Part shown: piece after piece, positions 23,921 to 35,580 of the stretch
Numbering within the stretch: position 1 is the first letter of the stretch
Layout of the letters: each line of letters starts with the position of its first letter
From: Mobula hypostoma
Lineage: Eukaryota
Assembly (NCBI RefSeq): GCF_963921235.1
Contig: NC_086108.1
Location: forward strand, 42,534,001 to 42,598,000
Length of the DNA stretch: 64,000 nucleotides
Direction of reading: 5' to 3'
Notes under the pieces: model-generated
Databases searched by the model: none
Seen by the model: the letters and a program-made list of their open reading frames with translations, nothing else
Told to the model about the DNA's origin: nothing
Position numbers and translations under genes: made by a program

Positions 23921-24715
23921 TGTAAGCACAAGTGCTACACCTGTCCCTACACCTCCTCTCTTGCCACCATTCAGGGCCCCAAACAATACTTCCAAGTGAG
24001 GCAACACTTCACTTGTAAGTCTGTTGGGGTCATCTATTGCATCCAGTGCTCCCGGTGTGGCCTCCTCTACATCGGTGAAACCCAACGCAGATTGGGGGAC
24101 CGCTTCGTCGAGCACCTCCACTCTGTCCGCCAAAACAGACAGGATCTCCCAGTAGCCACCCACTTCAACTCTGCTTCCCACTCCCATTCAGATGTGTCCA
24201 TACATGGCCTCCTCTACTGCCATGATGAGGCTAAACTCAGGTTGGATGAGCAACACTTCATATACCATCTAGGTAGTCTCCAGCCCCTTGGTATGAACAT
24301 AGAATTTTCCAACTTCTAGTAATTCCCTCCCCCTCCCTTCCCCTATCCCTATGTCACTCTGCCCCCTCCCCCAGCTGCCTACCTCCTCCCTCTTGGTTCC
24401 GCCTCCTTCTACTATCCATTGTGTTTTCCCCTATTCTTTCTTCACCTTTCCTGCCTATCACCTCCCTGCCTCCCTTCCCCCACCCCTTTATCTTTCCCCT
24501 TACTGGTTTTTCACCTGGAACCTACCAGCCTTCTCCTTCCCACCCTCCCCCCACCTTCTTTATAGGGCCTCTGCCTCTTCCCCCTTCAGTCCTGACGAAG
24601 GGTTCGGGCCCGAAACGTCGACTCATTGTTTCCACGGATGCTGCCCGACCTGCGGAGTTCCTCCAGCATGTTGTGAGTGTTGCTTTGACCCCAGCATCTG
24701 TAGATTATTTTGTGT
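23921..24715 (+). mobile_element. Penelope-like retroelement (Neptune-type), 5'-truncated
   Basis: ORF 23996-24319 is a GIY-YIG domain preceded by a CK.KCYTC linker. The 3' pLTR carries a hammerhead. 11-bp TSD ttaaggatgcc (23910-23920, 24716-24726). Confidence 0.92.
24588..24623 (+). ncRNA. Minimal type I hammerhead ribozyme motif in PLE terminal repeat
   Basis: AGTC-CTGACGA-A-GGGT(TCGG)GCCC-GAAA-CGTC^-GACT: stem I AGTC/GACT, conserved CUGANGA and GAAA cores, stem II, palindromic ACGU stem III and GUC cleavage triplet. Confidence 0.8.
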
Positions 24716-26151
24716 TTAAGGATGCCCTCATTACCCACATTGCCTCATTGCCTCACTGAAGGAATGTATCACCTTCACCGATTCCTGATATTCTTTGGCT
24801 CATGGAGCATTCAGAGTGGAATTGAGAATCTTGAGGCTGTACATTAGGAGTAGACAGAGGATTGGCTTAATCAGCAGTAGGAGCATACTACGCCACACTT
24901 AGGGCTCATTAGAACATTTAGAACCTGAATGGAAGTTGGTCAACCTTGATCCCAAGGGGCTTGCATAACAAGGAAAAGAAATACCACCATTATCTTGTGT
25001 TGCACGTAAGAGTGCTAGTGTCTTTAATTTCAAAAAACATCAGTTTACAAGGACTCTCCTTTTAATTACTTTTCTAAAAGGAATTGCTTTGAGACCAGAA
25101 TCCTGCACTAAAATAAATCTGTTAATGTGATCTTTATAACACGTACACATTTACATTGATTAAAGTATTAAATATTATTAGAATATTTGGCCTATCTGAA
25201 ACATTTACTTTGGTTGCTGTAGATGCTTGTGATTTGTTAATACAATGGTTTCCATAGTTACTTGAAGCCTTTCTGTTGCAATATTGAATAGTCTTTGAAA
25301 TACATATGCACTTGCTGTTTATTCCTTTGACAATAGATATCTGACTCTAAAGCCGGGGAAAATATCTGAGCTGCATTTTAAACCTGCATGTTTAAGTTAA
25401 ATTCAGTGTAGATGGATTAAGTAGTAAGTTTCATTGAGCAAATTAACTTGTATATAAGTGGACAAATATACAAATGGAGACATAAATATAGGCCATCTCC
25501 AGATAAACAACAGGTTCTGTTTTTACTGGTGACCCATCAGTCAATTTTGTCCATTAATTTAGAAAATAACTTAAATTCTTTTGTATGCCCAGAATAAGGA
25601 ACTCATGTTTGATATGTTATGGACTCCATTGCAATTTTAACACTTGGCGAAGCAGAAAATGTAATATAACATTCTTACCTTGTGAACAACATAAAGTATT
25701 AAAACCTGTGTGAACATTTAATATTCACGCTCATAGGACGAGATGTTTCAATCCCTTTGATAAGTAGATCTTCTCTGACTATGCATTTTATATATTTCAT
25801 CTATTCCTTTATATAGCATTTCAAAGAAGTTGTGCCACATGAAATTTAATGCAATACACACAATGGGGTGTCTATAGTGCATTGACATTACCCTTATTTC
25901 TTCTTAGAAGCTTATCAAAGCATGATTTTCCAATATGTTAGTGTGCAAGTTTTAATGTGGATGAAAATATTTTGTGGTAGAATACCCTGCTAATGTGAGT
26001 TTAATGTAGTCTGTCCATAAATTAGGAGCTAAATATTTGTTGAGGAAAGTTATCTTTGTACAATGTATCTTAAAAATATAAACAAATCCTGGATCATTCC
26101 TTTTCAGTTAATGTTTTCTTGTTTATTGTATATCTTTTTTATCTCTTATAG

Positions 26152-26211
26152 GTTGAAGACTTTAAGAACTTCCTTAATTTTAAATCAGCTCCTATGGAAG
26201 ATAAAATAGAG
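26152..26211 (+). CDS. AKNAD1: AKNAD1/AKNA-like coding exon 6 (VEDFKNFLNFKSAPMEDKIE)
   Basis: Long pyrimidine tract ending ttatag|, donor GAG|gtaatt, phase 0-0. Confidence 0.85.
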
Positions 26212-26742
26212 GTAATTCTTTAATAATCATCTTCAAGTATTTTGATAATAAGAAAAGTCTGTTTACCATAGAAATAAAGTCATACTTTTTTCTGAATTTC
26301 ATGTTGTAAGCCATGAATAACATTCAAATTGTTACATTAATAAAACATATTTTGCAACATTCTAGGAATTATGAATATATTCTACTCAATTTACTTCAGT
26401 AATAAGTACATTTATGTTAAGTTAAATAACTTCTATTCAAAGACATTTGTTTTTAGTAATGCATTACAAAGAACATGAACAAGATAGTCCATCAATAGGC
26501 ATATTATTTTTATCTAGTAACATAACATGCTATAGATAGAGTTACAAATCTTGGTCTACAATTTGTCCACAATATCCTGTGGCATAATAAAAATTACACT
26601 TGGTGAATATGAATTTGAAAGAAAGTCTTCTCATTCTCACACTGTGGAAATAACCTGAGGTCTTTACATAATTGGCAAATGGAAATGAATGTCATAGTCT
26701 ATATCATACGTACACATTTTAATTGTGTATTTCCCACAACAG

Positions 26743-26876
26743 GCAATGAAGGAACTGAGAGATGGCCTAGACAAGCTAGAAAGGACCTACATTGCAACTA
26801 AAGATGAGCACAGTAATTTTCAACGTCGCTGCTATTTGGAAAAAAATACTACTGTTGGAGAGTTTGACCCAGATAG
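26743..26876 (+). CDS. AKNAD1: AKNAD1/AKNA-like coding exon 7 (AMKELRDGLDKLERTYIATKDEH...VGEFDPDR)
   Basis: ttcccacaacag|...AG|gttaga, phase 0-2. Matches AKNAD1 LELLEQNFLATKDKH...VGDFDPER. Confidence 0.92.
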
Positions 26877-27582
26877 GTTAGAAATAAATAAATGGGGTTT
26901 GGCACTCATACATATGATCTTTAATGAGTTATGATTTTGACAGATTTACATGCCATTTGTAAAATCTATTTTTTGTTTGAAAGGGATGATCGATTTCAAG
27001 TTTATTCAAATAATCTGAATTGGATATAATTATAAGTATTGCAAGTGAATCTAAAGTATTTTTGGAGCAAATCATAGTTAATTGCACTTTGAACAACTCT
27101 TCATCTACTTATAAATTTGTTTGTAATGGATACAGAGACTCCTATTATAGAGGAATTATTTATAATGATAAAATGATTACCACTTTATGCTTTTCATTTT
27201 CCCCATTTAAACAAGAAATACTTTCCATGGATCAACGGATTCCAATAAAAATGCTGTTCTTTTTTTTCCATGGACTAACATGTTTTTAACCCTTTACTAT
27301 GGTATAAATTCAGAGATTCGAATGCAGTAAGTGCATATGTTCAAATAGTTACTTGATATGTGTCAGAATAACTGTCTTCAGGGTATCTGATCATTTTTAG
27401 TATTATGGGAAGGTGAGTGTGCATAGCAGGGGCATCATAGCTAAATGTATTCTTATTTTATAACTATATAGATTCTCAAAAGGGTTCAAAACAAGCTAGA
27501 ATATTTTATAATATTGTACTGGATTTTCAGGATTCATTTGTTCTCTGTGTTAACCAAGGGTAAAATAAATCATTATCACAAT

Positions 27583-27960
27583 GATGTAGCAGTTAGCACG
27601 ACACTATTACAGTTTGGACCGTTGGAGTTCGGCGTTCAATTCCGACTGTTGTCAGTAAGGAGTCTGTACATCCCCCTGTTGAATGCGTGGGTTATCTCCG
27701 GGTGCTCGGGTTTCCTGACGGACCGGTTAATTGGTCATTGTAAATTGTCTTGTGATTATCCTAGGGTTAAATCAGGAGTTACATCTGGGATCCTGATGAA
27801 GGGTCTGAGCTCGAAACGTCGACTGTTTATTCTTTTCCATAGATGTTGCAGGACCTACTGAGTTCCTCCAGCATTTTGTGTGTTAAATCGGGGGTTGCTG
27901 GGCAGTGCAGCTTTAAGGGTCAGAAGGGCCTATTTGATGCTGTATCTCAATAAATAAATA
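27583..27960 (+). mobile_element. V-SINE interrupted by a Penelope pLTR fragment (about 27775-27881)
   Basis: tRNA-like head (gttcaattcc) and V-domain gcgtgggttatctccgggtgctcgggtttcct. The insert carries ctgatgaagggtctgagctcgaaacgtcgact and is flanked by gttaaatc repeats. Confidence 0.75.
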
Positions 27961-28004
27961 TAACAATAAAAATAGCAGCAGTATCCATTTATATACCTGA
28001 ATTA

Positions 28005-28270
28005 CATAGATAGATAGATAGACATACTTTATTGATCCTGAGGGAAATTAGGTTTCATTACAGTTAAACCAACCAAGAATAAAGTATAAATATAGCAATA
28101 TAAAACCATAAATAATTAATAATATGTAAATTATGCCAGATGGAAATAAGGCCAGGACCAGCCTATTGGCTCAGGATGTCTGACCCTCCAAGGGAGGAGT
28201 TGTAAAGTTTGATAGCCACAGGCAGGAATGACTTCCTATGACGCTCAGTGTTGCATCTCAGTGGAATGAG
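28005..28270 (-). mobile_element. Rex1/Babar-type LINE 3' end
   Basis: Near-identical to 29495-29745, with an (ATAG)n tail at 28007-28021. Confidence 0.8.
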
Positions 28271-29304
28271 TAACAGTGTGGAAGGAAGTCAGTTGTCCCA
28301 CTCTCGGTGCAGTTTTGTTGCAAGAGCAGTTAAGCTAATTTTACTATCCCATCCTTTCACTATCATCTTGCACTTTTATTTCTTTCCAAGAACTTATCTA
28401 GTTCTGTTTTGAATGCCACAGTTGAACTTGTGCACTACCAACTCAGCAGCAAGTTCATAGCCACTTCTATTTTTAAAAACTTTGCTTTGCATTACTGTTG
28501 GTTCCCTTACCAGTCATTTGCATTCTATATCCTCTGGTTCTTGTGTTATCTGCTAATGGAAGCTGCTTGTTCACCTCTACTGTCTACAATCATTTGTGAT
28601 TCAGACTCATTTATTTATCACATGTAGATCAAACCATACAGTAATATGCACCGTTTGCATTAACAACCAGCGCAACCTAGTGATATTCAGCAAAACAACA
28701 AAGAATGCAACAAGCAACAAAACAACAAGAGCAAAACAAGCTCCTTTCCTCTCTGCACAGACAGACCTCAAATCACAGGGCAGGCTGTTGTGCCTCCAGT
28801 GGACTCATGGACAATGGGCCTCCAACTTTCCCAGTGGATCCAGGGCTCTGGCTATCGGTTTCATCTTTCGGATTTCCAGTTGATCTTCAGTGTCAACCCC
28901 AGGACAAGCTGATGATGGGACCCTAAGCTCCAGGCTTTGAACTCTGGTCTCGCTCTCTCGCATACGTAGGGGTCACAGGCTCTCATGTCTCCAACTCATA
29001 CGGACATTTGATCCCAGAACCCACCAACCTGGGGGACCTGCTGACCCAATGGGCCACCAGTCTTCATTCTTGCTGGTCCCCATCCACAGCATTTGCTAGC
29101 CTGACATCCACGGATGTCCATTATCACCCATCCATGTCACTGGCTTTTCTATGCAGGGCAGAAGCCTAGACTCTGGACGTCCTTTGTCCTATGTCCACAT
29201 TGCTGGCCTTGACCTCTGACTCCCCCACATCCCTGTCTCTAAACTCTAACCTGGCCCCTAACCCCTCCCCCCCCGTGTCTAAAACCATGCCTAAGAACAA
29301 AAAA

Positions 29305-29329
29305 AAACAACAACAACAACAACAACAAA
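29305..29329. repeat. (CAA)n microsatellite
   Basis: About 7 CAA units following an A run. Confidence 0.9.
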
Positions 29330-29484
29330 GCTTTAGCCATGACCTCAATGGAGACCAGAGCTTGGCGCCATCTTGAGCAAAAGTTTCTGATTTGAATCAC
29401 CTGCAGCCACAGATTTTTTAATCTATTCACTTAAGTCCTTCACTTAATTCTACTAAATTTTGTTTGCGTCCATCCAGGTCCTTC

Positions 29485-30271
29485 ACATAGTCACAGTCAT
29501 ACTTTATTGATCCCGGGGGAAATTGGTTTTTGTTACAGTTGCACCATAAATAATAAATAGTAATAGAACCATAAATAGTTAAATAGTAATATGTAAATTA
29601 TGCCGGTAAATTATGAAATAAGTCCAGGACCAGCCTATCGGCTCAGGGTGTCTGACCCTCCAAGGGAGGAGTTGTAAAGTTTGATGGCCACAGGCAGGAA
29701 TGACTTCCTATGACGCTCTGTGCTGCATCTCGGTGGAATGAGTCTCTGGCTGAATGTACTCCTGTGCCTACCCAGTACATTATGTAGTGGATGGGAGACA
29801 TTGACCAAGATGGCATGCAACTTAGTCAGCATCCTCTTTTCAGACACCACCGTGAGAGAGTTCAGTTCCATCCCCACAACATCACTGGCCTTATGAATAA
29901 GTTTGTTGATTCTGTTGGTGTCTGCTACCCTCAGCCTGCTGCCCCATCACACAACAGCAAACATGATAGCACTGGCCACCACAGACTCGTAGAACATCCT
30001 CAGCATCGTCCGGCAGATGTTAAAGGACCTCAGTCTCCTCAGGAAATAGAGACGGCTCTGACAGTGTTCTTTGACCAGTCCAGTTTATTGTCAATTTGTA
30101 TCCCCAGGTATTTGTAATCCTCCACCATGTTCACACTGACCCCCTGGATGGAAACAGGGGTCACTGGTACCTTGGCTCTCCTCAGATCTACCACCAGCTC
30201 CTTAGTCTTTTTCACATTAAGCTGCAGATAATTCTGCTCACACCATGTGACAACGTTTCCTACAGTAGCCC
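29485..30271 (-). mobile_element. Rex1/Babar-type LINE, RT C-terminal fragment
   Basis: ORFs WCEQNYLQLNVKKTKELVVDLRR...YKYLGIQIDNKLDWS and ...HPLH...RLIPPRCSTERHRKSFLPVAIKLYN. Confidence 0.88.
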
Positions 30272-31049
30272 TGTACATCTTTCCTATTTAGCCTATTTTT
30301 CCAAATTAGACAACTAGATAAAATATTGGGTTATGAAGATATACCATTTGTCCCTTGATCTTGTACTCAATATGCCCACTTCATGGTGCAAAATGCCAAA
30401 TGCTTTTAAACAATTTTTTCAAATTGCTCATCGCTATCAGCAACTGAAGTGCCTATAATGGATATATCTACCTATAGGCCAGATATCTCTGTTCCTATGT
30501 TTCCCAGTTTACATTGTCTTTCTTCATACTTAATGCTACAGTCTAACACTTAAGACTTTCCTGTTTTTAACTTACATCATTATAGATGTATGACCACTAG
30601 CCTGTGTATACTGTACCTTCTCCAGACTATTAATACTCCTCTCACAGTCTATTACACTTCCACAGAATGGTCATGGTAGTGACTCCAGAGGAACGTCAGT
30701 GCATACTCCCCTCCCAGTCCAAAATAAACAACCATTCACTTTTACTTTCTGCTTCCTGTTATTTACTTAATTTTTTAAATCTGCACTGCTATTGGCCCGT
30801 TTAGTCCATTTGCCTCCGTTTTGGTGACGGGCTTATCATATAGCACCCCAAAACCAAACTGAATCCTGCCGCCAGGTTTTCTTCAAAGTTAACTGCAATT
30901 GAAGTTTTAGTGTCAATGTTATGAATAATTAAATTGTTTTCATATGATCATAATCAGTTAATATCTTTGCCCTAGGCAATTGAACTGTGTACTATAGTAT
31001 TTTTAAGAAATCATCCACATGTTATATCAATCATGTGCAATCATATAAC

Positions 31050-31820
31050 TGTACAGCATAGAAAGGGCTCCCTTAGCCCATCTTGTCATGTGTGATGCCT
31101 ATTTATAATAATCTAACTTGTCCACATTGGATCCTTGTGCTCCTTCCTATCTAGGTACTTAGCTAAATGCCTTTGAAATATTGTAATTGTACCTGTCTTT
31201 ACCACCACCTCTGAAAGCTTGCTTCAGATATCCATCACCCTCCATATGAAAAATATCTTTCAGATCTTTAAATGTTCCCCCCTGTCACCTTCAACTTGTG
31301 TCGTCTAGTTCCAGACTTCCCTGCCCTAGGAAAAATAAATTCTGACTATCTATCCTACTTATGCCCCTTATATAATTTTTTTTTAAATTTACAAGTTCAA
31401 ACTTCAGGATTATCTGTTTCAGTCTCTCCATTCTAAGCAACATCCTGGTGAACCTATTCTGCATTTTCTTAATCGCTGAAACATTGATCCTGCAGTGTGG
31501 TGACCAGAACTGTGCACAATGCTGTAAGCGCAATCTAACCAATATTTTGTACAGCTGCAGCATGACGTACAGACTCTCGTGCTCAGTATTTTGACTTCTG
31601 AAGCCAAGCAAATGTCTTTTTCTCTACCCTCCTCGTCTCTGCGGCCATTTTCAGGGCGCTGTGGACTTGCTCCCCAAGGTTTCTTTTTATACTCACTTTT
31701 ATTTACTCTCCATGTCCTATCAGAATTCAACTTCCCAAAGTATGTTACCTCACACTTGTCTGGATCAATTTCCATCTGCCACCACTCTGCCCAAATTTCC
31801 AGCTATGACCTACTGTATCC
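31050..31820 (-). mobile_element. Decayed CR1 LINE 3' fragment
   Basis: ORFs MEIDPDKCEVTYFGK and MLQLYKILVRLRLQHCAQFWSPH...RFTRML. Confidence 0.85.
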
Positions 31821-31829
31821 TTAGAAATG

Positions 31830-32260
31830 TATCAAGGATCAACTTTATTTGCCATATACATTTACATGTATTAGGAATTTTCTGTGGTGTGTTGATCAGG
31901 GCATAGCATGCAATAAAAAAATTTTTGACAAATATGAAAAATAAAGTTAGAAGTTAAAGTACCAATATGGAAAAAATGTGCACAAATACTGGTATGCATT
32001 TACAATGAAAACAGCATTATAAAAGTGGTTTAAAGTATTTACAGTACAGTGCAGTGATAGGGGCATTAGATGGGTGCAGTGGTGGAGGTGAGTGGGGGGC
32101 TTACTAGAATAGTTGATCTGATTAACTACTTGGGGGAAGAAACTTTAAAAAGCTTAATAGCCTTAGTGCTTACCAGAAGGGAGCTTTTGGAAAATGTAGT
32201 TTGTTGGGTTGGTGATGTCCTCAATGATGTTTCCTGCCCACCTCTTTATCCTTTCCCATT
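31830..32260 (-). mobile_element. Decayed Rex1-type LINE 3' end
   Basis: Minus ORF ...RIKRWAGNIIEDITNPTNYIFQKLPSGK followed by a 3' UTR ending aataaagttgatc. Confidence 0.6.
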
Positions 32261-32824
32261 GTACCTGTGACTCTACTAATTGTTGAGTTGTCTGCAAATG
32301 TCCAAATACTGTACTTCTGAAGCAAAGATGAAATTGTATTTTACTTATCAAAACATGTTTACCTCTGAGATAGGTTCAACCCAAACCATTGTAGTATCAT
32401 GGAAATCTCAATAGTTTCAATTCTTTCTGAGAAAATTGCAATCAGGAACCTAAAGGGATAATTATACAGCAAAAAATTGTATTTAAATTGTCAACCTTAC
32501 TCAGAAAAGATACCAGATGGGAAAAATAGAACACTATTGCTGTCAGACTGTTTCATTGAGGACAAGGATAAAGCATGTTGCTCTAATATTGCTATTCCTA
32601 TATTTTGTTGACAGCAATTTGTGGCATCTGCACATAACAGTTAAACGTAGAAAGCTGAACATTGCTGCTAATGGTGCCCTGCTCCTCCATAATGTGCACT
32701 TTACAGTTTTCCTTAATACAGTCAGCACAGATTTCACTGTTAAGATGTGAGCTTAAACAATTAACCACTAACACTACGTGAAAATATGATGAATAATTCC
32801 TAATCTTAATATGAGTAACTGACA

Positions 32825-34110
32825 AATAAACTCTCCTCGAGCTTCCAGCCAGTACAGTTATTGATTATAACCAACATTTCGATGACAAACTCTGCCATCT
32901 TCACCAGGGATAATGCTTGGGCGTGGTATTTATACCCCCCCCATGTCCATCCCTTCTGATTAATTAGCCCTCATCCAATCAAGTTTCTGCTTTCCCACCT
33001 CATTTACAATTGAATTCCAGTTCTTACTTAGAGTAAGAACTCTAACTTACTGCCACCATCATGACTCTTAATGTAGAGCGGTTCTTTCTACTTTGATTAA
33101 CCGTGCAAAACCTATTATGGACTCAGAGATTCTCCCCGAGGAAATAAGACAATTACACACAACATTCCTACAGAATGGCTGCAAGGCAAAGGAAATGAAT
33201 CGGGCTCTTAGAAGGGCCGATGGAAAAACCAGGAAGCCTAACAGCGAGGAGGAACCTGTCACTACCGCCTATAGTCCCTATATTTCCACTGTTTCTGGAA
33301 GGATGGCCAGGATCCTGAAGAAATACCAGATTAATACCATCTACAAACCCCTAAGGAAGCTCAAATCACACATCAAAGTTGCTGGTGAACGCAGCAGGCC
33401 AGGCAGCATCTCTAGGGAGAGGTACAGTCGACGTTTCGGGCCGAGACGTTGACTGTACCTCTTCCTAGAGATGCTGCCTGGCCTGCTGCGTTCACCAGCA
33501 ACTTTGATGTGTGTTGCTTGAATTTCCAGCGTCTGCAGAATTCCTCGTGTTTAGGAAGCTCAAATCGCTGCTTATGCGGGTCAAAGATGACCTGGGACTC
33601 AGGTCAGCTGGCGTTTACAGGGTTCCCTGTGAATGCAGAACAGCGTATATCAGTCAGACAGGACACAAGTGGAAACGTGCATCGAGGAGCACAGGAAGTG
33701 TATCCATTTGGGTTTCCCAGAAAATTCGGCTATAGCAGAAATGGCTACAGGATTGACTTTGACGGCACTAAACTACTGTGCAGCGCCAATGGCTTTTGAT
33801 ACCACCTGGTAAAGGAAGCCATTGAAATAAAACTAGAGAAAAGGGATTTTAATGAAAACGAAGGTCTCACTCTAGGTAAGAACTGGAATTCAGTTGTAAA
33901 CAAGGTGAGACAGCAGAAACCTGATTGGGTGGGACGAATCAATCAGGAGGGATGGTCAACAGGAGTATAAATACCACTGGACTAGACATGCCTAGGTATA
34001 TTCCCTAATGAAGATGGCAGAGTTTTTCATCAAAACATCAGTTATGCTTGATATCTGTGCCTGGCTGGAGTTTAGTCCTCATACAGGCCGGGAAAGCACT
34101 AGATTCTTTA
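32825..34110 (+). mobile_element. Penelope/Poseidon-type retroelement with inverted 5' pLTR, RT thumb/linker and GIY-YIG remnant
   Basis: ORFs LINRA...PYISTVSGRMARILKKYQINTIYKP and GVYRVPCECRTAYISQTG. 32830-33040 is an inverted copy of 33865-34070. Both ends carry decayed hammerhead motifs. Confidence 0.85.
33368..33552. mobile_element. Palindromic Neptune-type pLTR element nested inside the Poseidon-type ORF
   Basis: acacatcaaagttgctggtgaacgcagcaggccaggcagcatctctagg...ggtacagtc is followed by its reverse complement. 14-bp TSD aggaagctcaaatc (33354-33367, 33553-33566). Confidence 0.9.
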
Positions 34111-34686
34111 TCATGAGTAATGAGTTTATTTAAAAAACTGGCATGTTGGATTATGTTTTTGGTCCTGAAAAAATGATTTTGCAAAGAGTTGAGTCTCAGT
34201 ACACTATAAAAAAAATATAAATATTGAATACCAACAAAAAAGCACTAAAATTTTATTTGTTATATTTAAATTTATCTTTTCCACGTATATGCCCCACATT
34301 TGAATTCACATCATAAATGATTTAAGTATAATTTATTTTTCTTGTTCTTGTTTCCTGTGTCACCCACTCTAAAGATTCTTACTGTGATTCAATTCCTCTC
34401 TGCTGCAGATTGCCTATGGATGACACAAAGTTCAAATTTATATTGGAAAAGTGGAAGGTTGCCCTGTAGAAATTATAAAATTTTGAGATAGATGGCAATG
34501 ATCAAATATTACAGTACTCTGTGTGAGGATCATTTTTAGAGCAGTGTCGTCTGTTTTGTTTTTGCCCTGAATTTGGCTGTTCTGGGAATACTCTGTGTGC
34601 TTCACAATAATTCTTATGTTGAAATTAAGAGAAATGTAATTTTTCAAAATTCCAATAGATTAACGCAACTTTTCTGTAATCTTCAG

Positions 34687-34849
34687 AGAAATTGAAGGAG
34701 AAATATTTAGAATAGGAATGGCACTGGAAAATATAAAAGAGCAAATTGATGAGGATATTTGTAATCAATCAAGCTTACCCAGTTCCTTCTTTACATCTGC
34801 TCCACACTCCATTCCTGAACTGTCTTCGAGTCTTGCAGTTTATTCTGAG
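34687..34849 (+). CDS. AKNAD1: AKNAD1/AKNA-like coding exon 8 (EIEGEIFRIGMALENIKEQIDE...)
   Basis: cttcag|...GAG|gtaaat, phase 2-0. Matches AKNAD1 KVEGEIFKLEMLLEDVKEKMDE. Confidence 0.92.
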
Positions 34850-35049
34850 GTAAATATATTAAAACATTATTATTATTATTATTATTATTCAGAAGGTGAG
34901 GAACTCAAATATGTCCCTACAAATTATATAAATAAGATTAGAACAGTAGCATGTATTAATATATTAAAAATAGCTGTGATTTTTTTTGAAAAGATAATTT
35001 TGGCTCTAAAATGCCCGAGTTTATTTATTAAATAAGTAATGCAAACGAT

Positions 35050-35265
35050 GGAGACACAAGGGACTTCAGATGTTGGAATCTGAAGCAGCACACAAAATGA
35101 GCTCGGGGAGCTCAGCCGATCAGAGGAAAATGGGCAATCAACATTTCAGTTTGGGATCTTTTATCTGTACTAGGCAGACCAGATGAAGAGCTTCAACCTG
35201 AAGTATTGACAGTCCATTTCCCTTCGTAGATACCCTATGATCTGAGTTCCTCCAGATCTTTTTGA
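35050..35265. mobile_element. Old palindromic pLTR-derived element
   Basis: Decayed inverted arms (ggggagctcag / ctgagttcctcc) with two back-to-back decayed hammerhead cores. Confidence 0.55.
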
Positions 35266-35416
35266 TGGGCCCTGTGACTTCATGACTGCTCATTTTTTAA
35301 AAGAGCATGAAAGCCTGTAAAGTTTTCAAGTTTGCATAAATTTGAGTCATTGTAAATACTGCAATTCATTTTCTTGACTAAAGATTATGCATTTTACATT
35401 TTCTTTAACATTAAAG

Positions 35417-35580
35417 AGTTCCATGACTACCATTACACAAGAAGGACTAAGGGAAGTACATGAGAGCAGCTTACTCAATGATGGAAGTGAAACACAGACC
35501 ATTTTTCAAATGCAGATGATGACAAATGAGAACAATAATTCAACCTTATTAAAAGATGCATACAATCACATCCCACAAAG
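35417..35580 (+). CDS. AKNAD1: AKNAD1/AKNA-like coding exon 9
   Basis: ttaaag|AGT TCC ATG...AG|gtaaat, phase 0-2, open frame. Confidence 0.75.

Noticed and set aside
29191..29376. ORF with a poly-Q tract
   Set aside because: It arises from an A-run plus (CAA)n microsatellite in intronic repeat sequence, with no splice support.
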